Assembly: GCA_045106895.1 (NCBI GenBank)
Contig: JBGCFM010000020.1
Location: 1-45,544, forward strand
Length of the DNA stretch: 45,544 nt
DNA from: Polyangiales bacterium
Lineage (GTDB): Bacteria; Myxococcota_A; Polyangia; Polyangiales; Houyiibacteriaceae
Direction of reading: 5' to 3'
This document shows, one piece after another, positions 1 through 7,923 of the stretch (the stretch's first letter is position 1; each line of letters starts with the position of its first letter). The notes below the pieces were generated by a model, which did no database searches, was not told the origin of the DNA, and saw nothing but the letters and a program-made list of their open reading frames with translations. The position numbers and the translations under genes were made by a program.

Positions 1-1411
1 TACCGTGATGGCCCAGGCGCCGGTGCATCACATCGAGAACCTCAGCGCTCGACGCAAAGCCGAGGGCGACGCCAAGAAGATGCGCAAGCTCAAGACGCGC
101 AAGCCGCCTGAGCGTGGCTACGCGCATTTCGACGAAGAGACTTTCGACAAGCTGCGCAACGGCGACCCGGAGCCTCTTGTGAGTCGCTTCAGCGTGACGC
201 ACGGAATGATCCTCGGACTCCTCTCACGCCAAGATGTGGAAGGCGCGCCGAAGAAGGCTGGGTGCAACGCGCTCCGCGACCTCATCGCGTCGAGTCACGA
301 AGCCAAAGCGATGCAGTACCGTCATGGCAAGCGCGCTCTGTCGATGCTCCGCTCGCTGGTGGACGCGAACATCGTCTCTCTCGGTCCTGAAGGCGCGCGT
401 GCCCACCGCGATCTTCAGACGGACTTTTCAATGAACCGGGCGCTCAGTCTCTACGTCGTCGAAGCCGTCGAGGTCCTCGACAAAGAAGCCGAAGACTACG
501 CGCTGGACGTCATGACCTTGGTCGAAGCGACGCTCGAAGACCCGGGCGCGGTGCTTCGCGCTCAGCTCAACACGCTCAAGGGCCAAGCCGTCGACCGCAT
601 GAAGGCCGAAGGCATCGAGTACGACGAGCGCATGGCGAAGCTCGAGGAGATCGACAACCCGAAGCCCAAAGCAGACCTGCTCTACGCCACCTTTGAGGTG
701 TTCAAAGGGCAGCACCCGTGGGTTGGCGGCGAGAAGATTCGACCGAAAACCATCGCCCGCGAGCTCTACGAGATGGGCGCTACGTTCTTCGAGTACGTGA
801 AAGAGTATGGTCTCCAGCGAAGCGAAGGCGTGCTGCTGCGACACCTCTCAAGCGCGTACAAGGCCCTCGTTCAGAACGTGCCCGAGAACGCGAAGACCGA
901 CGAGGTCTACGACATGACGGAGTGGCTCGGCGGCGTCGTCCGCGGCGTCGACGCGAGCCTCCTCGACGAGTGGGAGCGTCTCAAAGACCCCGACCTTGTC
1001 GTCGAAGTCGAAGAAGAAGTCATCGACGAGTCGGACATCACCCGCGACGAGCGAGCCTTCACGGTGCTCATGCGAAACGCCACTTGGCGTGTGGTCCAGG
1101 CCCTCTCCCGCAAGGACTACACCCGCGCCGCAGAGCTCGGCGGCGGAGAGCGCGAGGACCTTCTTCCGGTCATGGACGCGTACTACTCAGAGCACGAACG
1201 CATCCACGTCGACCCCAAAGCTCGTTCGCCTCGCTACATCAAGATCGAAGCCGGCGAAGACGACACGGGAGATCCAGGCTGGCACGTTCAGCAGACGCTC
1301 TCGGACCCCGACGACCACCACGACTGGCAGCTCACGGCTTTCGTGTCGAAGGCCGGAAGCATCGAGGCGGGGAACGCGGAGCTACGCGGCGTTCAGGTGA
1401 AGCAGCTCTGA
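1..1411 (+). CDS. DEAD/DEAH-box (SF2) helicase, C-terminal DUF3516-type region; 5'-truncated at the window edge
   Basis: The ORF is open from the window start. Segments QAPVHHIEN, EPLVSRFSVTHGM, LQTDFSMNRALS, HPWVGGEKIRPKTIARELYE, YGLQRSEGVLLRHLS, VDASLLDEWE and WHVQQTLSDPDDHHDW match what I recall of the DUF3516 helicase C-terminus. Confidence 0.85.
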   Translation, partial: TVMAQAPVHHIENLSARRKAEGDAKKMRKLKTRKPPERGYAHFDEETFDKLRNGDPEPLVSRFSVTHGMILGLLSRQDVEGAPKKAGCNALRDLIASSHEAKAMQYRHGKRALSMLRSLVDANIVSLGPEGARAHRDLQTDFSMNRALSLYVVEAVEVLDKEAEDYALDVMTLVEATLEDPGAVLRAQLNTLKGQAVDRMKAEGIEYDERMAKLEEIDNPKPKADLLYATFEVFKGQHPWVGGEKIRPKTIARELYEMGATFFEYVKEYGLQRSEGVLLRHLSSAYKALVQNVPENAKTDEVYDMTEWLGGVVRGVDASLLDEWERLKDPDLVVEVEEEVIDESDITRDERAFTVLMRNATWRVVQALSRKDYTRAAELGGGEREDLLPVMDAYYSEHERIHVDPKARSPRYIKIEAGEDDTGDPGWHVQQTLSDPDDHHDWQLTAFVSKAGSIEAGNAELRGVQVKQL

Positions 1412-1433
1412 TCTGACTGCACGTTAGGCTCGG

Positions 1434-1692
1434 GGCGCACGTGTGCCGAAGGCTTTCGGCCTGCTTGCATCGCCGCCCCATGCGGCGATGCAAGGTCTCT
1501 CGCGCCGATACATACGGCCATCGCGCAGTAAGGCCTTGAGCTGCCGGACATGCACGAGAGCGACAAATACACTGGGGGTGATTCTGCGAGACGGCCTCGA
1601 TGCCTTCGGCCCACTTGCATCGCCGTCCCATACAGGGACGCAATTTCTTTCGTTGTGGACGCAACCAGCGTTGGCTCGTGCCGAAGTGCGCC
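1434..1692. repeat. Intergenic palindromic/REP-like element with two related units 150 bp apart
   Basis: Perfect 13-bp inverted repeat cttgcatcgccgc/gcggcgatgcaag at 1464-1494. A degenerate copy starts at 1614 (cttgcatcgccgtcccatacagggacgcaa). Flanking ggcgcac/gtgcgcc at 1434-1440 and 1686-1692. Confidence 0.6.
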
Positions 1693-1728
1693 GGAACCTC
1701 TCCTCGCCCCTCAACCAAAGCACAGGCC

Positions 1729-2100
1729 ATGCGCCCACTACCTTTTCTCTTGGCCCTTTCTGTTCTTTCCGCGTGTCAGGTCGATACCCCGGCATGCAGC
1801 GCGTTGCTCACCTGCTGTGCCGGCCTCCGAGGGTCATCGGCGAGCGACTGTCGTGAGGCCTACCAGCTCTTCCGCGGCGAAGACCAAGCAGAACTACTGT
1901 GTCAGCAGGCCTCACGTGCATTCTACTGCATCGTAGACGAGGACGCCGGCCCTGCGTTCCTCGATGGAGGGTTCGAGGCGGACGCCGGCCCTGACCTAGA
2001 TGTTGGCTTCCTTGGTGAGGATGCGGGTCGCCCGCGTGAAGACGCCGGGCCTCCTCGCTACGATGCGGGTCGCCCGCGTGAAGACGCAGGAGCCGCCTGA
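1729..2100 (+). CDS. Small Cys-containing lipoprotein with a C-terminal DAG-repeat tail
   Basis: ATG 1729 gives MRPLPFLLALSVLSAC (signal peptide plus lipobox), a Cys-rich helical segment and repeated EDAG/YDAG units. A 26-bp exact DNA repeat lies at 2020-2045 and 2062-2087. Confidence 0.7.
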   Translation: MRPLPFLLALSVLSACQVDTPACSALLTCCAGLRGSSASDCREAYQLFRGEDQAELLCQQASRAFYCIVDEDAGPAFLDGGFEADAGPDLDVGFLGEDAGRPREDAGPPRYDAGRPREDAGAA

Positions 2101-2148
2101 CTCTTGTCGAGCCTCTCGTTGTGGAGTCCTCGATACCGCATCGAAGTC

Positions 2149-3201
2149 TCAAGCAGACCACTGGCTCTCGCGAAGACCGACGGACACGGTGCCTCCACGC
2201 AGATTGACCCCGAAGGACTCGTTGAACTGGCAATGGAACTTGCTGAGTCCCGGCTCGATGCGGTCTTGTAGCGGAAGACGGCCGCCGCCAACGTATGAGC
2301 ACGTCGTGAGCAGGAGCTGGATGCGGTCGACGGCTTCAAACTGCGTTTGCGTCAGCTTTGTTCGCTTGCCGCTCCAGTAGAACACTTCGGCGTACTTTCC
2401 TTGGCGTAGAATTGCAGTCGCTTGGTTCGTCCCGACGCCGAGCGTTCGGGACTCCTCTTCATATGCCCACACGTAGTCCCCGTAGTCGTAAGCGCGCATC
2501 AAGAACGCCAGCGCCGGTACGTCTACGGGCCTGGAGATGCGAAGGCCGCGCGCTTTTCGGTGACGGGCGTATCCCGGAGGAATCGGCGGGAGCTTGAACT
2601 CCAGTGGCGAAAGGTCGACGTTCATGTCCGCAACCACGACCTCGAAGGGTCGAGTCGGCGGGAGCCATTCGTAGACAGGCGTAAAGAACGAAAGCGCGGA
2701 GCCGATGGGCAGCCCCTTAACCGCGAGCTCCTCCATCGCGATGGTCATCACGTGCGCTTGGCGCGTGTCCGTGCTCTGAGCGCTGTCGCCAAGGAAACGA
2801 AGAAAAGCGTCGTTGTGAGGCGCGATGACCCCTCTCGGCGCGGCGCCTCCCACCCGGCTCTTCCCGAGAACTGGCATGCCTGGCTGCGTCTGAAGCAGCT
2901 GCACGGGTGTCCTTGGTCCGGGAACATTTGAGAACGCTTCGGACAACATCTGGAGTGCTCGCAGATCGCCCCAATGCCCTGCGCTTTTGGAGGTCGCGTC
3001 GACGTAGCCTTTTCGCCGCTTTCGCTTCGCCTCGCTCTCGATGACCGACCAGACCGCCTCGGGGCTCGGGTGAATCGTTCGGGTCTCTCGCGTTGTTCCC
3101 CCGCGTTTTCCAAAGACGGTGACAAGGGCGTTTCCCTCCGCATGAGCGCTCCAGAACTTTGTCCACGTGTCGCCGCGGTACTCCAAATAAACTCGGGTCA
3201 T
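2149..3201 (-). CDS. WGR-domain protein with a C-terminal DUF1963/YwqG-like region
   Basis: GGAGG precedes ATG 3201. The N-terminus YLEYRGDTWTKFWS...TVFGKRG...KRRKGY is the WGR pattern. SRVGG and YVGG...LQ...CQF resemble DUF1963 motifs. Confidence 0.7.
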   Translation of the reverse strand: MTRVYLEYRGDTWTKFWSAHAEGNALVTVFGKRGGTTRETRTIHPSPEAVWSVIESEAKRKRRKGYVDATSKSAGHWGDLRALQMLSEAFSNVPGPRTPVQLLQTQPGMPVLGKSRVGGAAPRGVIAPHNDAFLRFLGDSAQSTDTRQAHVMTIAMEELAVKGLPIGSALSFFTPVYEWLPPTRPFEVVVADMNVDLSPLEFKLPPIPPGYARHRKARGLRISRPVDVPALAFLMRAYDYGDYVWAYEEESRTLGVGTNQATAILRQGKYAEVFYWSGKRTKLTQTQFEAVDRIQLLLTTCSYVGGGRLPLQDRIEPGLSKFHCQFNESFGVNLRGGTVSVGLRESQWSA

Positions 3202-3444
3202 CCAACCTCCGCGCCGTGTACGGACAACGGCGACGTCTCGGATCGGTTTTCTGAGCACCTTTCCCTACAAAGTCTCCAAGTGTCCGAAAGTAGGCGTGAA
3301 TCGGGGCTCGAATCCGATCTAATGGAGCGTGCGCTAGAAGCCCATCGGCTGAGGCAAGGGTTTCACACAAGAGTGAACGTTCGGTCATTTTGTTGGAAAT
3401 GTCGCTCTTAAACGACTGGCACGTTTGTCGCTTTGGACGCTCGC

Positions 3445-4410
3445 ATGACTCGACCAACAACATACTCTCTTCTCGCTCTGTGCCTCTTCGGCGGGTGCGT
3501 TCTCGATGACGACTCGCCGCAGTGTGATGTCGACACACCTTGTCCGACGGACTTCATCTGTCAGGCGGGTCTCTGCATTTTTGGCTGCCCGAGCGGCACA
3601 CAGAATGTCGGCGGTGCATGCGAAGCGATTCCTCCGGAATGCGTCACCGGCGCGGATTGCCCTGGCAATATCTGTGATGAAGGTCGCTGCCGGACGTGTC
3701 GGGCAGACGTCGACTGTGGTGAGGAGGTGTGTGTGGCGGGGAACTGCCAAGCGCCGTGCGCGGACAACTCCGAGTGCGCCGCCGGCGAAGTCTGTCACCG
3801 AGGCGCATGCGGCGTGACCTGCGCCGACGACCCGCGCGTTTGCGACGACTTCTTCTATGCGCAGCTCGAGCGCGCTTCCGAATGGGAGCGGATCAGTCCG
3901 CGCTATGCACGACTTGGCTGCCAAATGAGTTCGGAGGCCATCGTCGACCCGCTCTGTGACGGAGCCCTTCCACATTCTCGCCAGCCAGAAGAATACTGCG
4001 ACTCCTGTCTGGCATCTCTCGGCGGATGCGGGTCGGGCCAGACGTGCGAAAACGGCGACTGCACCTGCGCTGCCAACGAAGACTGCCCCGGGGCACTGGT
4101 TTGCGTAGATGGGTTCTGCGCGCCTTGCGTCGTCGATGCAGAATGTGGCTGCGACATGTACTGCAGCTCAGGTACATGCCACGAACGCTGCGAGGCCGAC
4201 GACGAGTGTCCGGACAGCTTCGTATGCGCCGGCGGCCGTTGCGCTGGCTGTCAGAGTGATACGGACTGCAACCCTGGCGAACGCTGCTTTGAAGATGGCT
4301 GCGTCGAACCTTGCAGCTCGACGAGCGAAGCTTGCACCGTCACAGGCCGAAGCTCCGTGTGTGAGACGTACGAGCTCATCGACGAGCTTGTCGTCCCTGC
4401 GTGCATGTAA
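3445..4410 (+). CDS. Cys-rich repeat lipoprotein
   Basis: Lipobox LCLFGGC, followed by many C-x-x-D-x-D/E-C-x(3-5)-C-x-x-G-x-C repeats typical of myxobacterial surface proteins. Confidence 0.8.
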   Translation: MTRPTTYSLLALCLFGGCVLDDDSPQCDVDTPCPTDFICQAGLCIFGCPSGTQNVGGACEAIPPECVTGADCPGNICDEGRCRTCRADVDCGEEVCVAGNCQAPCADNSECAAGEVCHRGACGVTCADDPRVCDDFFYAQLERASEWERISPRYARLGCQMSSEAIVDPLCDGALPHSRQPEEYCDSCLASLGGCGSGQTCENGDCTCAANEDCPGALVCVDGFCAPCVVDAECGCDMYCSSGTCHERCEADDECPDSFVCAGGRCAGCQSDTDCNPGERCFEDGCVEPCSSTSEACTVTGRSSVCETYELIDELVVPACM

Positions 4411-4418
4411 ACGAACGC

Positions 4419-4448
4419 AAAAAGGGCGACCGATCACTCGGTCGCCCC
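4419..4448 (-). terminator. Intrinsic terminator between convergent genes
   Basis: 11-bp perfect stem agggcgaccga-tcac-tcggtcgccct (4423-4448) with an A-run at 4419-4423, i.e. a U-tail on the minus strand downstream of the SPFH gene. Confidence 0.75.
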
Positions 4449-4464
4449 TCTCGCTCCTGTCTTG

Positions 4465-5391
4465 TTATGCAGCCTTAGGCGGACCCGACACCTTGAACGC
4501 CGCCGCCATGTGGGCGAGGTCTTCGGTGGCTTGGCTACCCGAGCCGTTCACCATGATGATGTTTCCGGCCCCACTCGCGGCGTCGCGAATGGTGTCCCAG
4601 TGGTTCGTCATCATGAGCATGGCGAGGATGGTCTCCTCCCCAGTGTTCGGCATTGCGATCTTCAGCTTGTCCATCGCCTCGTGATATCCCTCGGCGATAG
4701 CCAGGCGCTGCGCGGCGATTCCTTCGCCCTGCAAACGCTTGCTGGTCTTCTCTGCCTCGGCGATTCCGACGAGTCTAATGCGCTGTGCTTCCGCCTCGTT
4801 CTTGGCGGCTTCCATTTCCCTCTGCGCGGCGATGACGCGGTTGAACGCGTTCTGCACCTCGCTCGAGGGTTGGGGTTCATCAACGAGGACGTTGACGATT
4901 TCGAAACCGTAGCTTGAGAGGCGCTCTTCAAGCTCTGCCTGAACAGCGAGCTCGACGTGGGCTTTCGCCGTGTAGAGTTCCTCAAGAGTAAGCTTCGCGC
5001 CTTCGGTACGCACCACGTTGAGCACGAAGCTCACGATCTGCGCCTCGGCGTCATCCAGCTCATAGAACGCTTCCTGAATCTTGTCTTCCATGACGCGGTA
5101 CTGCACCGCGACGGGGAAGCTCACGAAGGCGTTGTCGCGGGTCTTGACCGACACGTGCTCCTTGAGCTCGCGAAGGCGAAGATTGACGCGTGAGCCATCG
5201 ACGTGGCGGCGCTCAAGCGCGAAGGGCCACGGCAGTTTCGTCCGCAGGCCCGGCATCTTCACCGAGCTGAAGCGGCCGAAGACCTCGACCACTGCGGCGG
5301 TCTTCTGCTTCACGATGAGAAAACACGTGGCTACCCACGGGATCACGACGAAGAGGACGACCAAAATAACGATAGGCACGACGGGGGACAT
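4465..5391 (-). CDS. SPFH/band-7 family membrane protein (stand-alone, HIR-like subgroup)
   Basis: AGGAG before ATG 5391, N-terminal TM, VVEVFGRF, VKTRDNAFV, VQYRV, AFYEL, YGFEIVNVLV and the coiled-coil AEAEKTSKRLQGEGIAAQR. Confidence 0.92.
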   Translation of the reverse strand: MSPVVPIVILVVLFVVIPWVATCFLIVKQKTAAVVEVFGRFSSVKMPGLRTKLPWPFALERRHVDGSRVNLRLRELKEHVSVKTRDNAFVSFPVAVQYRVMEDKIQEAFYELDDAEAQIVSFVLNVVRTEGAKLTLEELYTAKAHVELAVQAELEERLSSYGFEIVNVLVDEPQPSSEVQNAFNRVIAAQREMEAAKNEAEAQRIRLVGIAEAEKTSKRLQGEGIAAQRLAIAEGYHEAMDKLKIAMPNTGEETILAMLMMTNHWDTIRDAASGAGNIIMVNGSGSQATEDLAHMAAAFKVSGPPKAA

Positions 5392-5619
5392 CTCTAGTTC
5401 TCCTTGAAGCACCCATGTTAAGGCGTGCTTCGAGGTCGCCTAGCGGGATTGGATCCCTGGCTGTCCCGCTGTTCTTTGCTGCGTCCGAGCAGCCTAGTGC
5501 GCGATTCAGAAATGTAGAAGGGACCTGACTTGTTCTGCGGCCGCTGATATTCCTTCGTCGTCGCGCCTTGCCCTCAGGCCGCAGTCCTGCGTCATCTCCC
5601 TTCTACATTTTTGAACACA

Positions 5620-7323
5620 CTAGCGACAGCGCAGGGACACGGAGCCGAAAGACGCAGGCCCACCGGCGCCGCTGCGATCGCCTGCCTCCACATTTCCCGG
5701 CATCGCGCGACTTCCGCCGATGAGAAGAGGACCGCGGACGAGCTCGGAAGCGTATCCTGAACCGCCACCTCCGCTGGTGTCATCGCCACCGCCGCCGCCG
5801 AAGAATCCGCCGCCGCCGCCGCCGCCGCCGCGTTCGGCGCCGTCGCCGCCCAAGAACGCTTCGCCGTCACCGCCGGTGAGGTGACCGGTGCCGCCTTCGC
5901 TTTGCGTCCCGCCGCCTGCTGCAGCGGGCTGACCTTCGTCGCCCCCGCCCGCGCCTGCCATCGTGGAAAGGCCGCTTCCGCCGCCGCCTCCGGCGACGAG
6001 TATGGCGCTCTCCGCGGTGATCTCGCTGGCCGTTGAGATCGCGGAGAAGCCGCCGCCGCCGCCGCCGCCGAGGTCAGGAAGCAGGCCGCCGCCGTCTCCG
6101 CCTCCGGGTTCGCCTCCGCGACCGCCCTCGCTGTTCCCCGCTTCACCAGGTGCGCCCACGAAAATGGTCAGTGTCTCGCCGGGCGTCGTGTCGAAGGTTC
6201 CCGTCGCAAACCCAGCCGCGGCTTCGCCGTTGTTCGTGCTGCCCGAGGTTCCGCCGCCTGCGCCCCATAAACGCGCGCTGATGGACGTGCACCCAGGAGG
6301 AACCTCGTAGTCGAAGGTGCCGGCGGAAGGGAAGTCGCGGCTGCAGTCTGCAGTTGGCGCTTCGTTGGGCGGACAGAGCGTTGTGACGCCGTCACAGAGT
6401 TCCGGCTCGTCGCAGGGAGTCGCCGTCGCTCGGCAAACGACGCCGGCGGGAGCGACGCTCGCGACGCAGACCGGCGAGCCCGAGCTGCAGTCCGTGGTGC
6501 CAACCTCACAGGGGTTGCCGGTGTCGCAAGACCCGCCTTCGTCGCAGGGTCCGCAGACCGCACCATCGGAGCAAAAGTTGAAGTCGGAGCAGGGCGTTCC
6601 TGGAGCGACGTTCACATCTTCGGGGCACTGCAGGTTCTCGTCACACAGCTCCGGGGCATCGCAGTCGCTTGTGGCCGGCCGGCACACTGCGCCTTCCATG
6701 CCGTCGCGGCACACGCCAGGAATGCAGCCGAGTTCTGCGTCGCAGTATTCCTCGGGCATGCACGCGTTCGGGGCCGGGGCGCTGAAACAGGTGCCTTCGA
6801 TACAGCGGCTGGCCGCACAATCCGATTCGACGGAGCACTCGCTGTCGCTTCCGCACGCGACGCCGCAGCGCTCCGGTGTCTCTGGCGTGCAGTCCGGGGG
6901 CACACAGCGGCCGCCGAGGCATTCGGTGAAACTCGGGTCTCCGCCGTCGCCTGGGCAGACCACGGGCTGACAGTCGCGAGTGATCACAACGGTGACGATG
7001 GTGGGCTCGTTCCCGATGGAGAGAACCGCGTCGCGCCGGGCGACTTCCGTGCCGGCTGGGTCTCGAAGGATCGCGCGGACGCGGTATTCCCCGCTCGCTA
7101 CGTTGTCGAAGGTGGCGGCGCGAATCCCCATGAGCAGGTCGGCGTTCGTTTCGATGGTGCGGAGCGCGCTCGGGCCGGTGGCGGTGTCGACGCGGAAGAC
7201 TGCGATGTCGACTTCGGCGACCTCGATGCCCGGAAGATAGTCGGTGCGTAGGTCGACGGAAAGAAACGTTGGATCCGCGGACGAACAGGCCGCCAGGAGC
7301 ACCATGAAGCCAAGGAATCTCAT
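5620..7323 (-). CDS. Cys-rich lipoprotein with disintegrin-like repeats and a C-terminal glycine-rich domain
   Basis: ATG 7323 gives MRFLGFMVLLAAC (lipobox). GAVCRPATSDCDAPELCD and GVVCRATATPCDEPELCDG are disintegrin-like. YEVPPGCTSISARLWGAGGG...ILVAGGGGG...GGGGSG is a Gly-rich domain. Confidence 0.8.
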   Translation of the reverse strand: MRFLGFMVLLAACSSADPTFLSVDLRTDYLPGIEVAEVDIAVFRVDTATGPSALRTIETNADLLMGIRAATFDNVASGEYRVRAILRDPAGTEVARRDAVLSIGNEPTIVTVVITRDCQPVVCPGDGGDPSFTECLGGRCVPPDCTPETPERCGVACGSDSECSVESDCAASRCIEGTCFSAPAPNACMPEEYCDAELGCIPGVCRDGMEGAVCRPATSDCDAPELCDENLQCPEDVNVAPGTPCSDFNFCSDGAVCGPCDEGGSCDTGNPCEVGTTDCSSGSPVCVASVAPAGVVCRATATPCDEPELCDGVTTLCPPNEAPTADCSRDFPSAGTFDYEVPPGCTSISARLWGAGGGTSGSTNNGEAAAGFATGTFDTTPGETLTIFVGAPGEAGNSEGGRGGEPGGGDGGGLLPDLGGGGGGGFSAISTASEITAESAILVAGGGGGSGLSTMAGAGGGDEGQPAAAGGGTQSEGGTGHLTGGDGEAFLGGDGAERGGGGGGGGFFGGGGGDDTSGGGGSGYASELVRGPLLIGGSRAMPGNVEAGDRSGAGGPASFGSVSLRCR

Positions 7324-7388
7324 AGTTATCTCTAGCACGTCTGCCCTTTCGGCCCGTCGCGATTCACCAAAGGCGTTACTCTTCCAGT

Positions 7389-7868
7389 ATGGCCTTCGAA
7401 CCAAACAAAGATCGCGCCTACGGCAGCAGCGAGAGCGTGATCTCGCGGCTCTTCAAAGAGTGTGGTGGTATCCCCAAAGTGATGGAGACGCTCGAGTTAA
7501 GCCGGACGCGCTGCTACGCGCTGGCGGATCCTGATGATCCCGCGAAGATCTCCTACGAACGCGTCGTCAAACTCACCAAGACCTTTGGCGCGAGCGCCGC
7601 GGCGGAGCACATGGCGGCACTCGCCGGCGGGACATTTTTGCCCATCGCAGCAAGCGACGATGAAGCCGACTGGCACGCCCTCGCGGCCAAGGCTGCTCGC
7701 CGAAGTGCAGCGCTGACGGCGACGCTCTTGGAATCCATTGGCCCAGAAGGCCGCTCGCCCGGAACCATCGATTCGACGGAGGCGCGCGCGCTCCTCGCGG
7801 AAGTGGATGGCTTGATGACGATCTTGGCGAAGCAGCATGTTCTGCTCCGCGCCGTTGCGGACGAGTAA
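7389..7868 (+). CDS. Phage regulatory CII (CP76)-like helical DNA-binding protein
   Basis: N-terminal HTH-like segment (GGIPKVMETLELSRTRCYALADPD), then AEHMAALAGGTFLPI and a C-terminal GTIDSTEARALLAEV. This is the layout of P2/186-type CII-family proteins, recognised by eye. Confidence 0.6.
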   Translation: MAFEPNKDRAYGSSESVISRLFKECGGIPKVMETLELSRTRCYALADPDDPAKISYERVVKLTKTFGASAAAEHMAALAGGTFLPIAASDDEADWHALAAKAARRSAALTATLLESIGPEGRSPGTIDSTEARALLAEVDGLMTILAKQHVLLRAVADE

Positions 7869-7923
7869 GCAAGCGCAGCGCCCACCGCTACGGACTTGCT
7901 GTGCACCATGATAAGGGTAGGGC

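Noticed and set aside
1464..1643. Possible CRISPR array remnant
   Set aside because: Only two diverged units with 150-bp spacing and no cas genes, which does not fit repeat-spacer geometry.
5785..6070. (GCC)n microsatellite-like runs
   Set aside because: They encode the poly-Gly tracts of the minus-strand lipoprotein and are not an independent repeat element.
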